Under the pieces are notes generated by a model, which made no database searches, had not been told where the DNA came from, and saw nothing but the letters and a program-made list of their open reading frames with translations. DNA of 64,000 nt from Mobula hypostoma (Eukaryota): assembly GCF_963921235.1 (NCBI RefSeq), contig NC_086108.1, positions 117,678,001 through 117,742,000 on the forward strand, read 5' to 3'. The position numbers and the translations under genes were made by a program. Each line of letters starts with the position of its first letter. Within the stretch, counting starts at the first letter, position 1. Below are positions 50,701-64,000 of the stretch, one piece after another.

Positions 50701-53235
50701 AATAATAGTCTGCCTGTTTATTCCTTCCATCAAAATGTATGACCATACACTTCACAACATTGTATTTCATTTGCCACTTCTTTGCCCATTCCCTTAAACT
50801 ATCTAAGTCTCTCTGCAGGCTCTCTGTTTCCTCAACACTACCCACTCCTCAACCTATCTTTGTATGATCAGCAAATTTCGCCACAAATCCATTAATCCCA
50901 TTGTTCAAATCATTGACATACATTGTAAAAAGCAGCGGTCCCAACATCGGCACCTGTGGAACTCCACTGGTAACCAGCAGCCAGCCAGAATAGGACCCCT
51001 TTATTCTCATTCTCTGTTTTCTGTCGATGAGCTAATGCTCCATTCATGTGTCTAACTTCCCTGTAATTCCATGGGCTCTTATCTTGCTAAGCAGCCTCAT
51101 GTGCGGCTCCTTGTCTAAGGGCTTATGAATATCCAAGTACACCACATCTACTGCATCTCCTTTGCAATTTCCTCAAAAAATTGCAGTGGGTTAGTCAGGA
51201 AGGATTTTCCTTTCAGGAAACCATGCTGGCTTTGGCCTCTGTTGTCATGTGCTTCTGGGTACTCCGTCATCTCATCCCTAACAAACAATTCTACCAACTT
51301 TCCAACCACTGATATCAGGCTAACAGGACTATATTTTCCTTTCTGCTGCCTCTCTCCCTTCTTAAATAGTGGAGTAACATTTGCAATTTTCCAGTCATCT
51401 GGTACAATGCCAGAATCTTATCGATTCTTGAACAATCATCGATAATGCCTCTATAATCTCTCCAGCTACTTCCTTCAGAACCTGAGGGTTGTATTCCATC
51501 AGGTCCTGGAGATTTATCCACCCTCAGACCATTAAGCTTCCTGAGCAGCTTCTCAGTCGTAATTTTCACTGCACATATTTCACTTCTCTGACACTTCTGA
51601 ATGTCTGGTATACTGCAGATATCTTCCATTGGCATCTCTGCATCTCTCATTACAGTATCTCCAGCATCATTTTCTATTGGTCCTATATCTACCCTCGGCT
51701 CTTTTTTGCCCTTTTTTATATTTAAAAAAGCTTTTAGTATCTTCTTTGGTATTAGTTGCCAGCTTCCTTTCATAATTCATCTTTTCCTTCCTAATGACCT
51801 TCTTAGTTTCCTTCTGCAAATTTTTAAAGGGTTCCCAATCCTATGTCTTCCCACTATCTTCGGCTTCCTTGTATGTTACATAAGAACATAAGAAATAGGA
51901 GCACATTGAGCCTGCCCCGCCATTCAATAAGATCATGGCTGATCTGTCCATAAACTCAGCTCTGTCTACCTGGCTTTTCCCCATAACCCTTAATTCCCTT
52001 ACTATGTAAAAACCTATCTAACTGTTTCTTAAATATATTTAGTGAAGAAGCCTCAACTGCTTCCCTGGGCAGAGAATTCCACAGATTCACCACTCTCTGG
52101 GAAAAACAGTTTCTCCTCATCTCCGTCCTAAATCTTCTCCCCTGAATCTTGAGGCAATGTCCTCTAGTTCTAGTCTCACCTACCAATGGAAACAACTTTC
52201 CTCCTTCTATCTTATCTATCCCTTTCAAAATTTTGTATGTTTCTATAAGATCCCCTCTCATTCTTCTGAACTCCAGAGAGTATAGTCCCAGGCGACTCAA
52301 TCTCTCCTCATAGGTTAACCCCTTCATCCCTGGAATCAACCTGGTGAACCTCCTCTGCACTGCCTCCAAAGCCAGTATATCCCTCCTCAAGTATGGAGAC
52401 CACAACTGCACACAGTACTCCAGGTGCGGCCTCACCAGTACCCTGTATAGTTGCAGCATGACCTCCCTGCTTTTGAATTCAATCCCTCTAGCAATGAGGC
52501 CAACATTCTGTTTGCCTTCTTAATAACCTGTTGCACCTGCAAGCCAACTTTTTGCGATTCATGCACAAGCACTCCTCAGTCCCTCTGCACAACAGCATGC
52601 TGCAATCTTTCACCAGTTAAATAATAATCTGCACTACCTACCCCTCCATCTAGCTTCATACCATCTGCAAACTCTGGCACTAAGCTGTCAATTCCATTAT
52701 CTAAATCATTGACAAACGATGTGAAAAGTAGTGGTCCCAATATTGACCCCTGAGCAACACCCCTAGTCACTGGTAGCCAATGGAAAAAGCCCCTTTTATT
52801 CCCACTTGCTGCCTCCTGCCTGTCAGCCATTCTTCTATCCATGCCAGTATCTTTCCTGTAATGCCATAGGATTTTATCTTGTTAAGCAGCCTCATGTCTG
52901 GCATCTTATGAAATGCCTTTTGAAAATACAAATAAATGACATCCACTGCTTCTCTTTTGTCCACCCTGCTGGTTACTTCTCAAAGAACTCGAACAGATTT
53001 GCCAGGCAGATTTCTTTTTACAGAAACCATGTTGTCTTTGACTTATTGATGGCCAAGTCTGTGTATCTATTTAAGGCAGATGTTGATAGATTCTTGATTG
53101 GCCAGGGCATGAAGGGATATGGGCAGAAGGTGGGAATTTGGGGCTGAGAGGAAAATTGAATCAGCCATGAAGAAATGGCAGAGCGGATTTAATGGGCCAA
53201 ATAGCCTAATTCTGTTCCTATATCTTATGGTCTTT
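44770..53235. mobile_element. Nested cluster of CR1 fragments on both strands (young + copy at about 47375-49302) and a Rex1 fragment (about 45530-45805)
   Basis: Repeated CR1 ORF2 motifs in ORFs 46680-46964, 47388-49116, 49869-50534, 51956-52459 and others. Confidence 0.88.
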
Positions 53236-53236
53236 T

Positions 53237-54345
53237 AGCTCTTCCCACATTGTCTCCTTTTCTCAGTTCCTTCATCTCTACTGCGTCTATCCCAGGGTGA
53301 GGATTTCCTTTGAAGGACATCAGAGATGGCCTCTTTCTTCAAAGAACAGGTTTTCCTTTCCTCCACCATTGATGCCGCCCTCACCTGCATCTCCTCTATT
53401 TCCCACACATCTGCACTCATCCCATCTTCCCTCAACCTTATCAGTGATAGAGTTCTTGTCCTTACTCACCACCCCATGAGCCTCCATATCCAACACATCA
53501 TTCTCCACAACTTGCGCCATTTTCAAACACATCTCTTCCTCCCCCCCCCACCTTTTCCACAGGGATCGCTCCCTCTGTGATTCCCTTGTCCATTCATCCC
53601 TCCCCACTAGTCTCCCTCCCAGCACTATCTCTGCAAGCAACCACAGCCTTATGCCTGTCCATTCACTGCCTCCCTCACCTCCATTCGGGGTCCCAATCTG
53701 TCCTTCAAGGTGAGGCAACACTTCACCTGTGAATCTACATGGGTTGTCGATTGTATTTGGTGCTCTTAATGCAGCCTCCTCTACATTTGTGAAATGTGTT
53801 ATAAATTGGGGAACAACTTTATCAAGCAGCTCAGCTCCATCCCCCAAAAGTGGAACTTCGTGGTGGCCAAACATTTTAACGCCAATTTCCATTCCTGTTC
53901 CAACATGTCTGTCCATGGCCTCCTCTTGTGGCAAGATGGGTGGAGGCGCAGCACCTCATATTCCGTCTGGGTAGCCTCCAACCTGACAGCATGAAAATTG
54001 GTTTCTCCTTCCAGAATGTTTTCCCCTCCACTCACCCCTCTTCTTCTATTCCCCACTCTGGCCTCTTACCTCATCTCACCTGTCTTTCATCCTACTCTGG
54101 GTCCCCTCTTCCTTCCCTTTATCCAATGGTCCACTCTCCTCCCCATCACATCCCATCTGCTCCAGCCCTGTGCCTTTCGCACCCACATGACTTCACCAAT
54201 CACCTTCTAGCTTGTCTTCCTTCCCCATCCCCCACTTTTTTATTCTGGCATCTTCCCTCACCTTTCCAGTCTTGATGAAGGGTCTCGGCCCAAAACGTAG
54301 ACTGTTTCTTCATTTCCATGGATGTTGCCTGACCTGCCGAGTTCG
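53237..54345 (+). mobile_element. Decayed Penelope-like element 3' portion
   Basis: MASFFKEQVF..TIDAALTCISSI, FRLGSLQPDSM; terminal repeat gatgaagggtctcggcccaaaacg. Confidence 0.8.
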
Positions 54346-54496
54346 GGTGCAGAGGGATATACCAGGCCAATACAGGAAATTGGATGGCCACTGTGGTTCA
54401 ATGGACCAAATGACCTGTATCCTTGCTATATTGTTCTGCAACTTTAGGATTCTCCCACCTACAAATTCGCTTCCTAGCCCTCCTCATTTATATTTT

Positions 54497-55115
54497 TAGA
54501 TTATGAAGACACATAGTCCCCTTTTATTGTCATTTAGTAATGCATGCATTAAGAAATGATACATTATTTCCTCCGGTGTGATATCACAAAACACAGGACA
54601 GACCAAGACTGAAAAAACTGACAAAACCACATAACTATACATATAGTTACAACAGTGCACAATACCATAACTTGATGAAGAAGTCCGTAAGCACAGTAAG
54701 GTTCAAAGTTTCTCAAATGTCCCACATCTCACACAGACGGGAGAGGGAAGAAAAACTCTCCCTGCCATGCCGACCACAATCCAACTCTGAGTCATCCGAA
54801 AACTTCGAGCTCTGATTGGCTGTCCGACACCGAGTACTGAGTGCCATCTCTGTCCGAGCGATTCGACCTCTTTCTTGGTCGCCAAAAGGAGGCAAGGCCG
54901 GGGATTTTGAGGCCTACCCTCTGAAAGATTCCCAACCACACAGTAACGACAGCAGCAGATGGGCATTTCAGAAATTTCTCCAGATGTTCCTCTGTGCTTT
55001 CACGCCTATCTCCATCAAATCAGAAATTGTCCACGGCCCCTATTTAACAGATACGATATCATTTTTCACCGAAGAGCTGCGCACGCACGGTGCGCTGCCA
55101 TCTTCTCCTCCCGCC
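54497..55115 (-). mobile_element. Probable non-autonomous LINE-derived retroposon (about 620 bp)
   Basis: 5' GGCGGGAGGAGAAGATGGCAGCG CpG-rich head; 3' AAATGACAATAAA tail; no convincing ORF. Confidence 0.55.
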
Positions 55116-55342
55116 AAATTTTATCCCATCCATGAGCCACGCCCCCCCGCCATCACCAATCACTCCAAAATCTAATTCTCTGATTTCCTGATATTTCTTC
55201 TGCATTTGTGGTCACACAGTGGGTGGGATCATCCCTGGGATGTCCTGGGCAATCAGGAGATTAAAGGGCTGGCCCCACCCTCACCAAGGGGTCTGGGGGT
55301 GATTGGATGAGGCTCTCAATCCATACCGTATTTGTGTTACAG

Positions 55343-55411
55343 TATTTCATGATCCCATTGAGACAATATTTAACAGTGGCCGACATGGAAACAATCTTCA
55401 TCAACATGGAG
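55343..55411 (+). CDS. vav3: VAV3-like exon, DH domain (about exon 7)
   Basis: gtgttacag acceptor, gtgagg donor; 69 nt encoding YFMIPLRQYLTVADMETIFINME. Confidence 0.93.
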
Positions 55412-55746
55412 GTGAGGACTTGAGCAGTGACAGAGGGGCAGTAGCGACATGGGAGATTGGGGGAGGGAGAGCTGAGGACAAATGGAGTGATCGAGTGTGA
55501 CGAGCCCTGAATTGGAGTGAGTGCTGGTGTGTGTAAATGAGAGGAGTGAGTGAGTGAGTAAGTGTGCAAGAAGCTGTGCTATAGAATGAATGTGCGTTAG
55601 AATGTGACTATAAATACATTCTGGTGTATGAGATAATATATACTGAAGCTCCCTGGATATATATTCAATGTGCAGTTAATTACCAAAATGTACTGAGGAC
55701 CAGATTGATTGTGACAACTGCTGAGATCCTACCTCTCTCTGCCCAG

Positions 55747-55850
55747 GCTCTGGTTAATGTCCACAGGGACCTGAATATGGAACTGAAGTCTGTTATTCTG
55801 TCCAAAAATCAGCAGAATCTCTACCAGGTCTTCATCAAGTACAAGGAGAG
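55747..55850 (+). CDS. vav3: VAV3-like exon, DH domain (about exon 8)
   Basis: ctctgcccag acceptor, gtaact donor; 104 nt encoding ALVNVHRDLNMELKSVILSKNQQNLYQVFIKYKE(R). Confidence 0.95.
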
Positions 55851-58800
55851 GTAACTCCTCTGGTCGGGCCATTTCTAGAGTTTGTATGAATTGTTGATAA
55901 AATTATGAGGATTGCCAAACTAGAGATTAAGTTTGCTTTTCTCCTTCTGTCACACAAGAACGGATGAGAATAGGAGCAGGAGGAGGCCACTCAACCCTCC
56001 CAGCCAATACAATCATAAGACCATAAGATATAAGAGCAGAAGTAGGCCATTTGGCCCATCAAGTCTACTCTGCCATTCAATCATGGGCTGATCCAACACT
56101 TCCAGTCATCCCCACTCATGATTGATAAGTCTCATGCTGCACCTTTGCTGTGCTAGTTTTCCAATCACCCTGAGTACCCTAGCATTTCTCTCCTTCCTCT
56201 TTATATCCCCCCACCACCAGTATCCACTTTCCACACTCACTGGGGTGGAGAGTTCCAGAGATTGCCCTCCCTCTATGAGAAGTCTCCAGACACCTCAGTT
56301 TTAAATGTCTATCCCCCTATTCCTGTAACTGTAACCCCTCGTTTGAGACTCTCCCACTGGTGGAAACACCTCCACATCTCCCCCTCAGCATCTGAAATAT
56401 TTTCAGTAAGAACTTTAAGAGGCTCTTAGACTCTTGAAGATGAAGGGAACCCATCTTATTTCTATAAATCTGTATAAGGTCAACCCTCAGCCTCCTGCAT
56501 TCCAGGAAGAGAACAGTCTCAGCTGAACAGAGTGCCTGGGTTACAGGGAGAGGTTGGCCAGGCTGGGTCTTTATTTCTAGGAATGAAGGAAAATGAGGGC
56601 TGATCTTATAGAAATGTTTAAAATTATAAGAGGCACAGATCAGGTGCATGGTAATAGTCTTTTCTTCAGGGTAAGGAAGTCCAGATCTAGGTGAGCATAG
56701 GTTTAGGTGAGAGGGCAAAGGATTTAAAAGGGATATGAGGGGCAACTTTTTCACGCAGATGATGGTGAGTATATGGAACAAGCTGCCAGAGGAAGTGTTG
56801 AGGTGGGTAGGTCACAATGTTTAAAAGGTAGGTTGATAGGAATACAATCTGTATTTTGTGTGCTACCTGAAAAGAGGAATAGCAAGATAACGATCATGAG
56901 TTCATGAACTCTTCAGAAATACAATGGTGGAGGGTCATAGAGTCATCAAGTCTTAGAATACTACAACACAGAAACAGGCCTATGTACCCATCTAGTCTGA
57001 GCTCAAACATTAATCTGCCTAGTTCAATTGACCTTCACCCAGACTATAGTGCTCCAGACCTTCCCATCCATGTACTTAACCAAATTTCTCATAAATGTTG
57101 AAATCGACTCCGCATCCACCTCTTTTGCTGGCAGCTCGTTCCACACTCTCACCATCCTCTCAGTGAAGAAATTTTTCCTCATGTTCCCCTTAAACATTTC
57201 ACCTTTCACTCTTAACTGATGACCTCAGGTTGTAGTCTCACCCAAACTCAGTAGAAAAAGCCAGCTTGTATTTACTCAATCAATACCCCTCATAATTTTG
57301 TATACGTCTATGAAATCTCCCCTCAGTCTTCGATGTTCTAGGGAATGAAGTCCTTACCTATTCAATCCTTCCCTATAACTCAGATCCTAAAGTCCCAGCA
57401 GCACCCTTGAAAGTCTTCTGTGCAATCTTTCAAACATTTACATCTTTCCTGGAGTTTGGTAACCAAAACTGCACACCATACTCCAAATTAGGCTTTGCCA
57501 AGATAATTTTTCAACATAGCATCCCAATTCCTGCACTCCGTACATTGATTTATAAAGGCCAATGTGCCAAAAGCTTTCCTTCCTACCTACCTGTAACGCC
57601 ACTTTCAAGATATTATCGATCTATATTCCCACAGTCCTCTGTTCTACCACACACTTCAGTTTCCTACAGCTCACTGTGTAAGATCTACCCTGGTTAGAAC
57701 ACCTCACACTTATCTACATCAAATTTTATCTGTCATTTTCAGCCCATTTTTCCATCTGGTCCGGATCCCGCTGCAAGCTATGATAGACATCCTTGCTATC
57801 CACTGCACACTCTACCCCCCAATCCTAAGACAATAAGATATAGGAGCAAAATTAGGCCATTCAGTCCATCAAGTCTGCTTCGTCATTTCATCATGGCTGA
57901 TCCATCTTCCCTCACAGCCTTAATATCCTGCCTTTCCCTGAATCCCTTCATGCCCTGACTAATCAAGTATCGATCAACCTCTGCCTTAAATATATACAAT
58001 AACTTGACCTCCACAGCACCTGTGGCAACGAATTCCACAGATTCATGACTCTCTGGCGCAATAAACTCCTCCTTATCTCCATTCCAAATGGATGTCACTC
58101 CATTCTGAGGCTGTGTCTTCTGGTCTAAGACTCCCCCACCACAGGAAACATCCTCTCAAAAACCACTCTCTCTCGAGGCTTTTCAACATTTGATACATCT
58201 CAATGAGACCTCCCCTCATTCCTCTGAATTCCAGTGAGTACAGGCCCAGAACCATCAAATGCTCTTCACATGACAAGCCGTTCAATCCTGGAATCATTTT
58301 CATGGACCTTGTCTGAAGCTTCTCCAATGTCAGCACATCCTTTCTCAGATTACGGGCATAAAACTGCTCCCAGTATTCCAAGTAGGCCTCACCCAGTGCC
58401 TTATAAAGCGTCAGCATTACATTCTGGCTTTTATATTATAGTCCATTTGCCTTCCTCACCACTGTCTCAACCTACAAGTTAACCCTTAGGGAACTCTGCA
58501 CAAAGAATTCCAAGTTCATTTCCACCTCAGATTTTTGAAATTTCTCTCCATTTAGAAAATAGTCTACACTTTTATTTCTTCTACCAAAGTGCATGGCCAT
58601 ACACTTCCTGACACTGTATTCCAGCTTCCACTTCTTTGCCTATTCTCATAATCTGTCCTAGTCCTTCTGCAGTCTCTATGCTTCTTCACAACAACCTGCC
58701 CCTTCATCCATCTTAGTCTCGTCTGCAGACTTGGCCACAAAGCCATCAATTCTGTCAAACTAAGCATTAGCATATAATGTAAGAAAGAAGTGGTTCCCAA

Positions 58801-61800
58801 CACAGACAGCTGTGGAATACCACTAGGTACCAGCACCCAACCAGGAAAGCTTCCCTTTATTCCCACTCTTTGCCTCTTGCCAATCAGTCAATGCTCTATC
58901 CATGCTAGTATCTTTCCTTTAATATCATGGGCTCTTAACTTGTTAAGTAGCCTCATGTGTGGCAAGTTCTCAAAGGCCTTCTGAAAAAGCAAGTACAAAA
59001 CATCCGCTGATTCTCTTGTCTATCCCACTTGCTAATTCTTCAAAGAATTTCAAAGATTTATAAGCAGATTTTCCCTTGAGGAAACAATGCTGACTTTGAC
59101 CCATTTTATCATGTGCCTCCAAGTCCTGCTGCAATTGCATTGCTTCCGCAGCACCATCTGTCCCTCCACCGATCTTCGTATCATCTGCAAGCCTCGATAC
59201 AAAGCCATCAATTCCACTCTCTAGATCATTGACAAACAATATGAAAAGCAGTGTTCCCAATACTGACCCCTGAGGAACAACACTAGTCACTGGCAGCCAA
59301 CCAGGAGAGGCCCCTTTTATTTCCACTCGCTGTCTCTTGCCTGTCAGTCATTCCTCTATCCATACCAGTATCTTTCCTGTAATACCATAGGATTTTAGAA
59401 ACATAGAAAACCTACAGCACAGTACAGGCCCTTCAGCCCAAAAAGTTGTGCCAAACACGTCCCTACCTTAGAAATTATTGGACTTCCCCATAGCCCTCTA
59501 TTTTTCTAAGCTCCATGTATCTATCTAAAAGTCTCTTAAAAGACCCTATCGTATCTGCCTTCATGACCGTTGCCGGCAGCCCATTCCATGCACTCACCAC
59601 TCTCTGAGTAAAAACTTACCCCTGACATCTCCTCTGTACCTACTCCCCAGCACCTTAAACCTGTGTCCTCTTGTGGCAACCATTTCAGCTCTGGGAAAAA
59701 GCCTCTGACTATCCACATGATCAATGCCTCTCATCATCTTATACACCTTATGTGAGGCACCTTATCAAATGCAGTCCGAAAATCTAAGTAAATGACATCT
59801 ACTGCCTCTCCTTTGTCCACCTTGCTTGTTGCTTCCTCGAAGAACTCTAACAGATTTGTCAGGCAAGATTTCCCTATACTGAACCAAGCTGACTTTGACG
59901 TATTTTATCATTTGTCTCCAAGTACCCCGAAACCTCATCCTTAATAATGAACCTCTGAGGTTAGGCTAACTGGCTTATAATTTCCTTAATTTTGTCTTCC
60001 TCCCTTCTTAAAGAATGGAGTGACATTTACAATTTTGCAGTCCTTTGGGACCATGCCAATATATCTGTTATCTCTTCAGTAATCTCTCTCAGGACTCTGG
60101 GATGTAGTCCATCTGGTCCAGATGACTTATCCACCTTAAGATCCTTAAGTTTGCCTATCACTTTTTCCTATGTAATAGCAATGGCACTCGCTCCTGCTCC
60201 CTGACACTCACGGACCTCTGGCACACAGCTAGAGCCAAACTGGACACACTGGAGACTGTGATAGAACAAAGGACCCTATGGAAAATTCTGGCAATTTTTG
60301 ACAATGTTTCTCACCCTCTGCATGCCACCTTGGCTGAAAAGTGGAGCACTTTTAGTAGTAGACTAAGACATCTGTGCTGTTCCAAAGAGCGCTATATGAG
60401 GTCATTCTTACCCTCAGCCATTAGTCTCTATAATGAAGTCAACCTATAGCCGGGAAGAGATTACCCCATACTGTCAGACTGTTCAAGGTAACTTATTTTT
60501 TATTCTTTCTTATTTCTCTTCTAATATTTGTATATTTGTGCACTTGTAATGCTACTGTGACACTGTAATTCCTTTTGGGATTAATAAAGTATCTATTAGA
60601 TTTACAAGGATGTTGCCTGGATTGGGGAGCGTGCCTTATGAAAATGGGTTGAGTGAACTCGGCTTTTTTTCCTTGAAGCAACAGAAGATAAGAGGTGACC
60701 TAATAGAGGTGTATAAGATGATGAGAGGCATTGATCACGTCGATAGGGGCTTTTTCCCAAGGCTGAAATGGCTAGCATGAGAGGGCACAGTTTTAAGGTG
60801 CTTGGAAGCAGGTACAGAGGAGATGTTAGGGGTAACTTTTTTATGCAGAGAGTGGTGAGTGCATGGAATAGGCTGCCAGCAATGCTGGTGGAGGAGGATG
60901 TGAGAGACTCCTGGACAGGTACATGGAGCTCAGAGAAATAGAAGTCTATGGTTTACCCTACGTAATTTCTAAGGTAAGGACATGTTCGGCACAGTTTTGT
61001 GGGCCGAAGGGCCTGTATTGTGCTGTAGGTTTTCTATGTTTCTATGTGTCTGCCTGTTATTTTTGATTATCTGCTAAACCAATAACTAAACAGTTGAACT
61101 TAGAATACCATGGGAAGCCTGCACTGTTCTATAAAAAATGTCTAGACTTGAAGACAACCAGGTGTCAGGTTCAGTGTTGTGGCACTTCACCTGCATGGCA
61201 GCAACATTTTCAAACCGTTTAATGCATCCCGAAGCGCAAATATAAATTAGCTCCTTCATTCAAATCAGTGAGAACCCTGAAATAAAATGCTTGTCCAGGT
61301 GACATATCTACTTTCAAACTTTTCAGCTTCCCAGGCACCTTCTCCTTAGTAATAGCAATGACACTCACTTCTGTCCCCTGACACTTCTGCATTTTTCCCA
61401 TACTGCTAGTTTGTTCCACAGTGAAGAATGACGCAAAATATATATTAAGTTCATCCACCGTTTCTGTGTCCCCCATTACAACCTCTCCAGCGCCATTTTC
61501 CAGTGGTCAAATATATACTCTCATCTCTTTTTTTACTCTTTATATATCTGGCAGGAGGTGAGGCATAATCCCAGCTAGTGGGATGACTTACAGGGCAATA
61601 GACGCGTGGTGCAGTTAAAACAGAAAGCAACAAATACCAGACTGGAAGTGTTGTATTTGAATGCATACAGCATAACAAATAAAATGGACGATCTTGAAAT
61701 TCAGCTACAGACGTTGTTGCCATCTCTGAAACTTGGCTAAAGGTTGGCTGCCGTTGAGAGTTGAATGTCCAAGGATATATGATGTATCAGAAAGATAGGT

Positions 61801-61910
61801 TAGTAGGCAGAGGGGGTGGTGTGGCCCTGTGTATAAGAAATAATATATCATTAGAAAGGGATGAGAAAGGATTGGAAGGAGTAGAGTTTCTACGGGATGA
61901 GTTAAGAAAT

Positions 61911-62127
61911 AGGAAATTGCCTTTTAAACTCATGAGAGAGCGTAGGCCATCAACTTTTTGCTGTTGATGTTTCTGTAGCAGGCAATATCTTTTTTACGAG
62001 GTCGAGTTGCTGGTTTGACGCTCAACCCAGCACGGATGGAAAGCGTGCCAGGGGAGCCGGCTGGGTTCGAACTCAGGAGCCTTCGCTCCGAAGTCCGGCG
62101 CTGATGCCACTACGCCACCAGCCGACC
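61911..62127 (-). mobile_element. tRNA-derived SINE (about 217 bp)
   Basis: A box TGGCGTAGTGG and B box GAGTTCGAACC; 12-bp TSD gagttaagaaat/gaattaagaaat inside a CR1 endonuclease region. Confidence 0.85.
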
Positions 62128-63039
62128 GAATTAAGAAATGGCAAGGGTAGAAGGATCCTAATGGACAGTGTATGCAGATCTCCAAACAGCAGCCACGATA
62201 TGGATTACAAATTAGAGCAGGAGATAGAAAAGGCACGTCAGAAGGGCAATGTCATGATAATCGTTGGGGATTTTAACATGAAAGTGGATTGAGAAAACCA
62301 GGTCAGTACTGGACCTCAAGAGAGAATTTTTTTAGAATATCTGAGGGATGGCTATTTAGAACAACTTGTTGTTGAGCCCACTAGGGGATCGGCTGTGCTG
62401 GATTGGGTGTTGTGCAATGATCTGGAGGTGATAAGAGAGCTTAAGGTTATGGAACCCTTAGAGAAGCGTGATCACAGTATGGTCGAGTTCACTTTGAAAT
62501 TTGAGAGTGAGAAACTAAATTCCAATGTGTTGGTATTTCAGTGGATAAAGGAAATTACAATGGCATGAGAGGGGAACTGGCCTAGGGACACTAGCAGAAA
62601 GGGCAGCAGAGCAGAAATGGCTGGAATTTCTGCACAAAATGAGGGAAGTGCAAGACAGATATATTCCAAATAAGAAAAAAATTTTGAATGGAAGAAGGAC
62701 ATTAGCGTGGCTGACAAGTGAAATCAGAGCCAAAGTAAAAGCAAAAGAGAGGGCATACAAGGAAGCTAAAGCTTGTGGGAAGATAGAGGACAGGGAAGCT
62801 TTTGAAAACTTGCAGCAGGAAACAAAGAAGGTCATTCGGAAGGAAAAGCTGAATTATGAAAGGAAGCAGGTACTAAAAGCTTTTTGAAGTATATAAGGGG
62901 TAAAAGAGAATTGAGGGTAGATATAGGACCAATAGAAAATGACTCTGGCAATACTGTATTGTAATAAGAGACGCAGAGATGTCAGAGGAACTGAATGCGT
63001 ATTTTGCACCAGTCATCACAGTGGAAGACATCTGAAGAT

Positions 63040-63679
63040 TACTGGACAAGACAGCGGCTATACTTTATTAGGAGTTTGAAGAGATTTGGCATGTCAACAA
63101 ATACACTCAAAAACTTCTATAATTGTACCGTGGAGAGCATTCTGACAGGCTGCATCAGTGTCTGGTATGGAGGGGCCACTGCACAGGACCGAAAGAAGCT
63201 GCAGATGGTTGTAAATCTAGTCAGCTCCATCTTGGGCACTAGCCTACAAAGTACCCAGGACATCTTCAGAGAGCGGTGTCTCAGAAAGGCAGCATCCATT
63301 ATCAAGAACCTCCAGCACCCAGGGCATGCCCTTTTCTCACTGTTACCATCAGGAAGGAGGTACAGAAGCCTGAAGGCACACACTCAGCGATTCAGGAACA
63401 GCTTCTTCCCCTCTGCCATCCGATTCCTAAGTGGACATGGAAGCTTTGGACACTACCTCACTTTTTTTTTAATATACAGTATTTCTGTTTTTGCACAGTT
63501 TAAAAAAATCTATTCAATATACGTAATTGATTTACTTGTTTATTTATTATGTTGTATTTTGTTTATTATTATTTTTTTCTCTCTCTCTGCTAGATTATGT
63601 ATTGCATTGAACTGCTGCTGTTAAGTTAACATATTTCATGTCACATGCCAGTGATAATAGACCTGATTCTGATTCTGAT
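63040..63679 (+). mobile_element. Rex1/Babar LINE 3' end
   Basis: QRLYFIRSLKRFGM..TVESILTGCISVWYG..LLPSGRRYRS..RFRNSFFPSAIR; (gattct)n tail. Confidence 0.85.
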
Positions 63680-64000
63680 ATTCAAGAGTATCAGGGAAGT
63701 GAAGTATCTCCAGTGAAAATTACAACTGTGAAGGTGCTTAGGAAGTCTGAGGATGGATAAATCTCCTGGACCTGATGGAATGCACCCTTGGGTTCTGAAG
63801 GAAGTAGCTGGAGAGATTGCGGAGGCGTTAATAATGATCTTTCAAGAATCGATAGATTCTGGCATTGTACTGGATGACTGGAAAATTTCAAATGTTACTC
63901 CACTATTTAAGAAGGGTGGGAGGCAACAGAAAGGAAACTATAGACCTGTTAGCTTGACATCAGTGGTTGGGAAGTTGTTGGATTGTTAGGGATGAGATTA

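Larger units (their letters stand above)
55960..64000. mobile_element. Cluster of decayed CR1 fragments; + strand CR1 endonuclease/RT at about 61590-64000
   Basis: CR1 ORF2 motifs throughout (GDFN, KSPGPDG, NYRPVSLTS, FADD-like). Confidence 0.85.

Noticed and set aside
62055..62127. tRNA gene
   Set aside because: It is the head of a TSD-flanked SINE and continues into a non-tRNA body.

Overview
Eukaryotic vertebrate DNA; the mix of CR1, Rex1/Babar and Penelope repeats suggests a cartilaginous fish, probably a shark or ray (inference). Five in-frame + strand exons (37318-55850) encode the acidic region and N-terminal DH domain of a VAV-family Rho-GEF that most resembles VAV3, so the rest of the window is probably intron (flanking exons not found). 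The introns are mostly nested retroelements. (1) An antisense class I (gamma/epsilon-like) endogenous retrovirus at 1-13737 has a 5' LTR, a tRNA-Ser PBS, gag, RNase H and integrase but no visible protease or RT core, and is split by a 9.3 kb CR1 nest. (2) Many decayed CR1 LINEs of several subfamilies. (3) Rex1/Babar fragments and Penelope-like elements (PLEs), including three short fold-back PLE insertions, two of which keep minimal hammerhead ribozyme motifs. (4) A tRNA-derived SINE and two non-autonomous LINE derivatives. (5) Three minisatellites and a long C-rich tract. Most ORFs in the supplied track are retroelement debris or low-complexity artefacts. Repeat boundaries were read by eye and are approximate.
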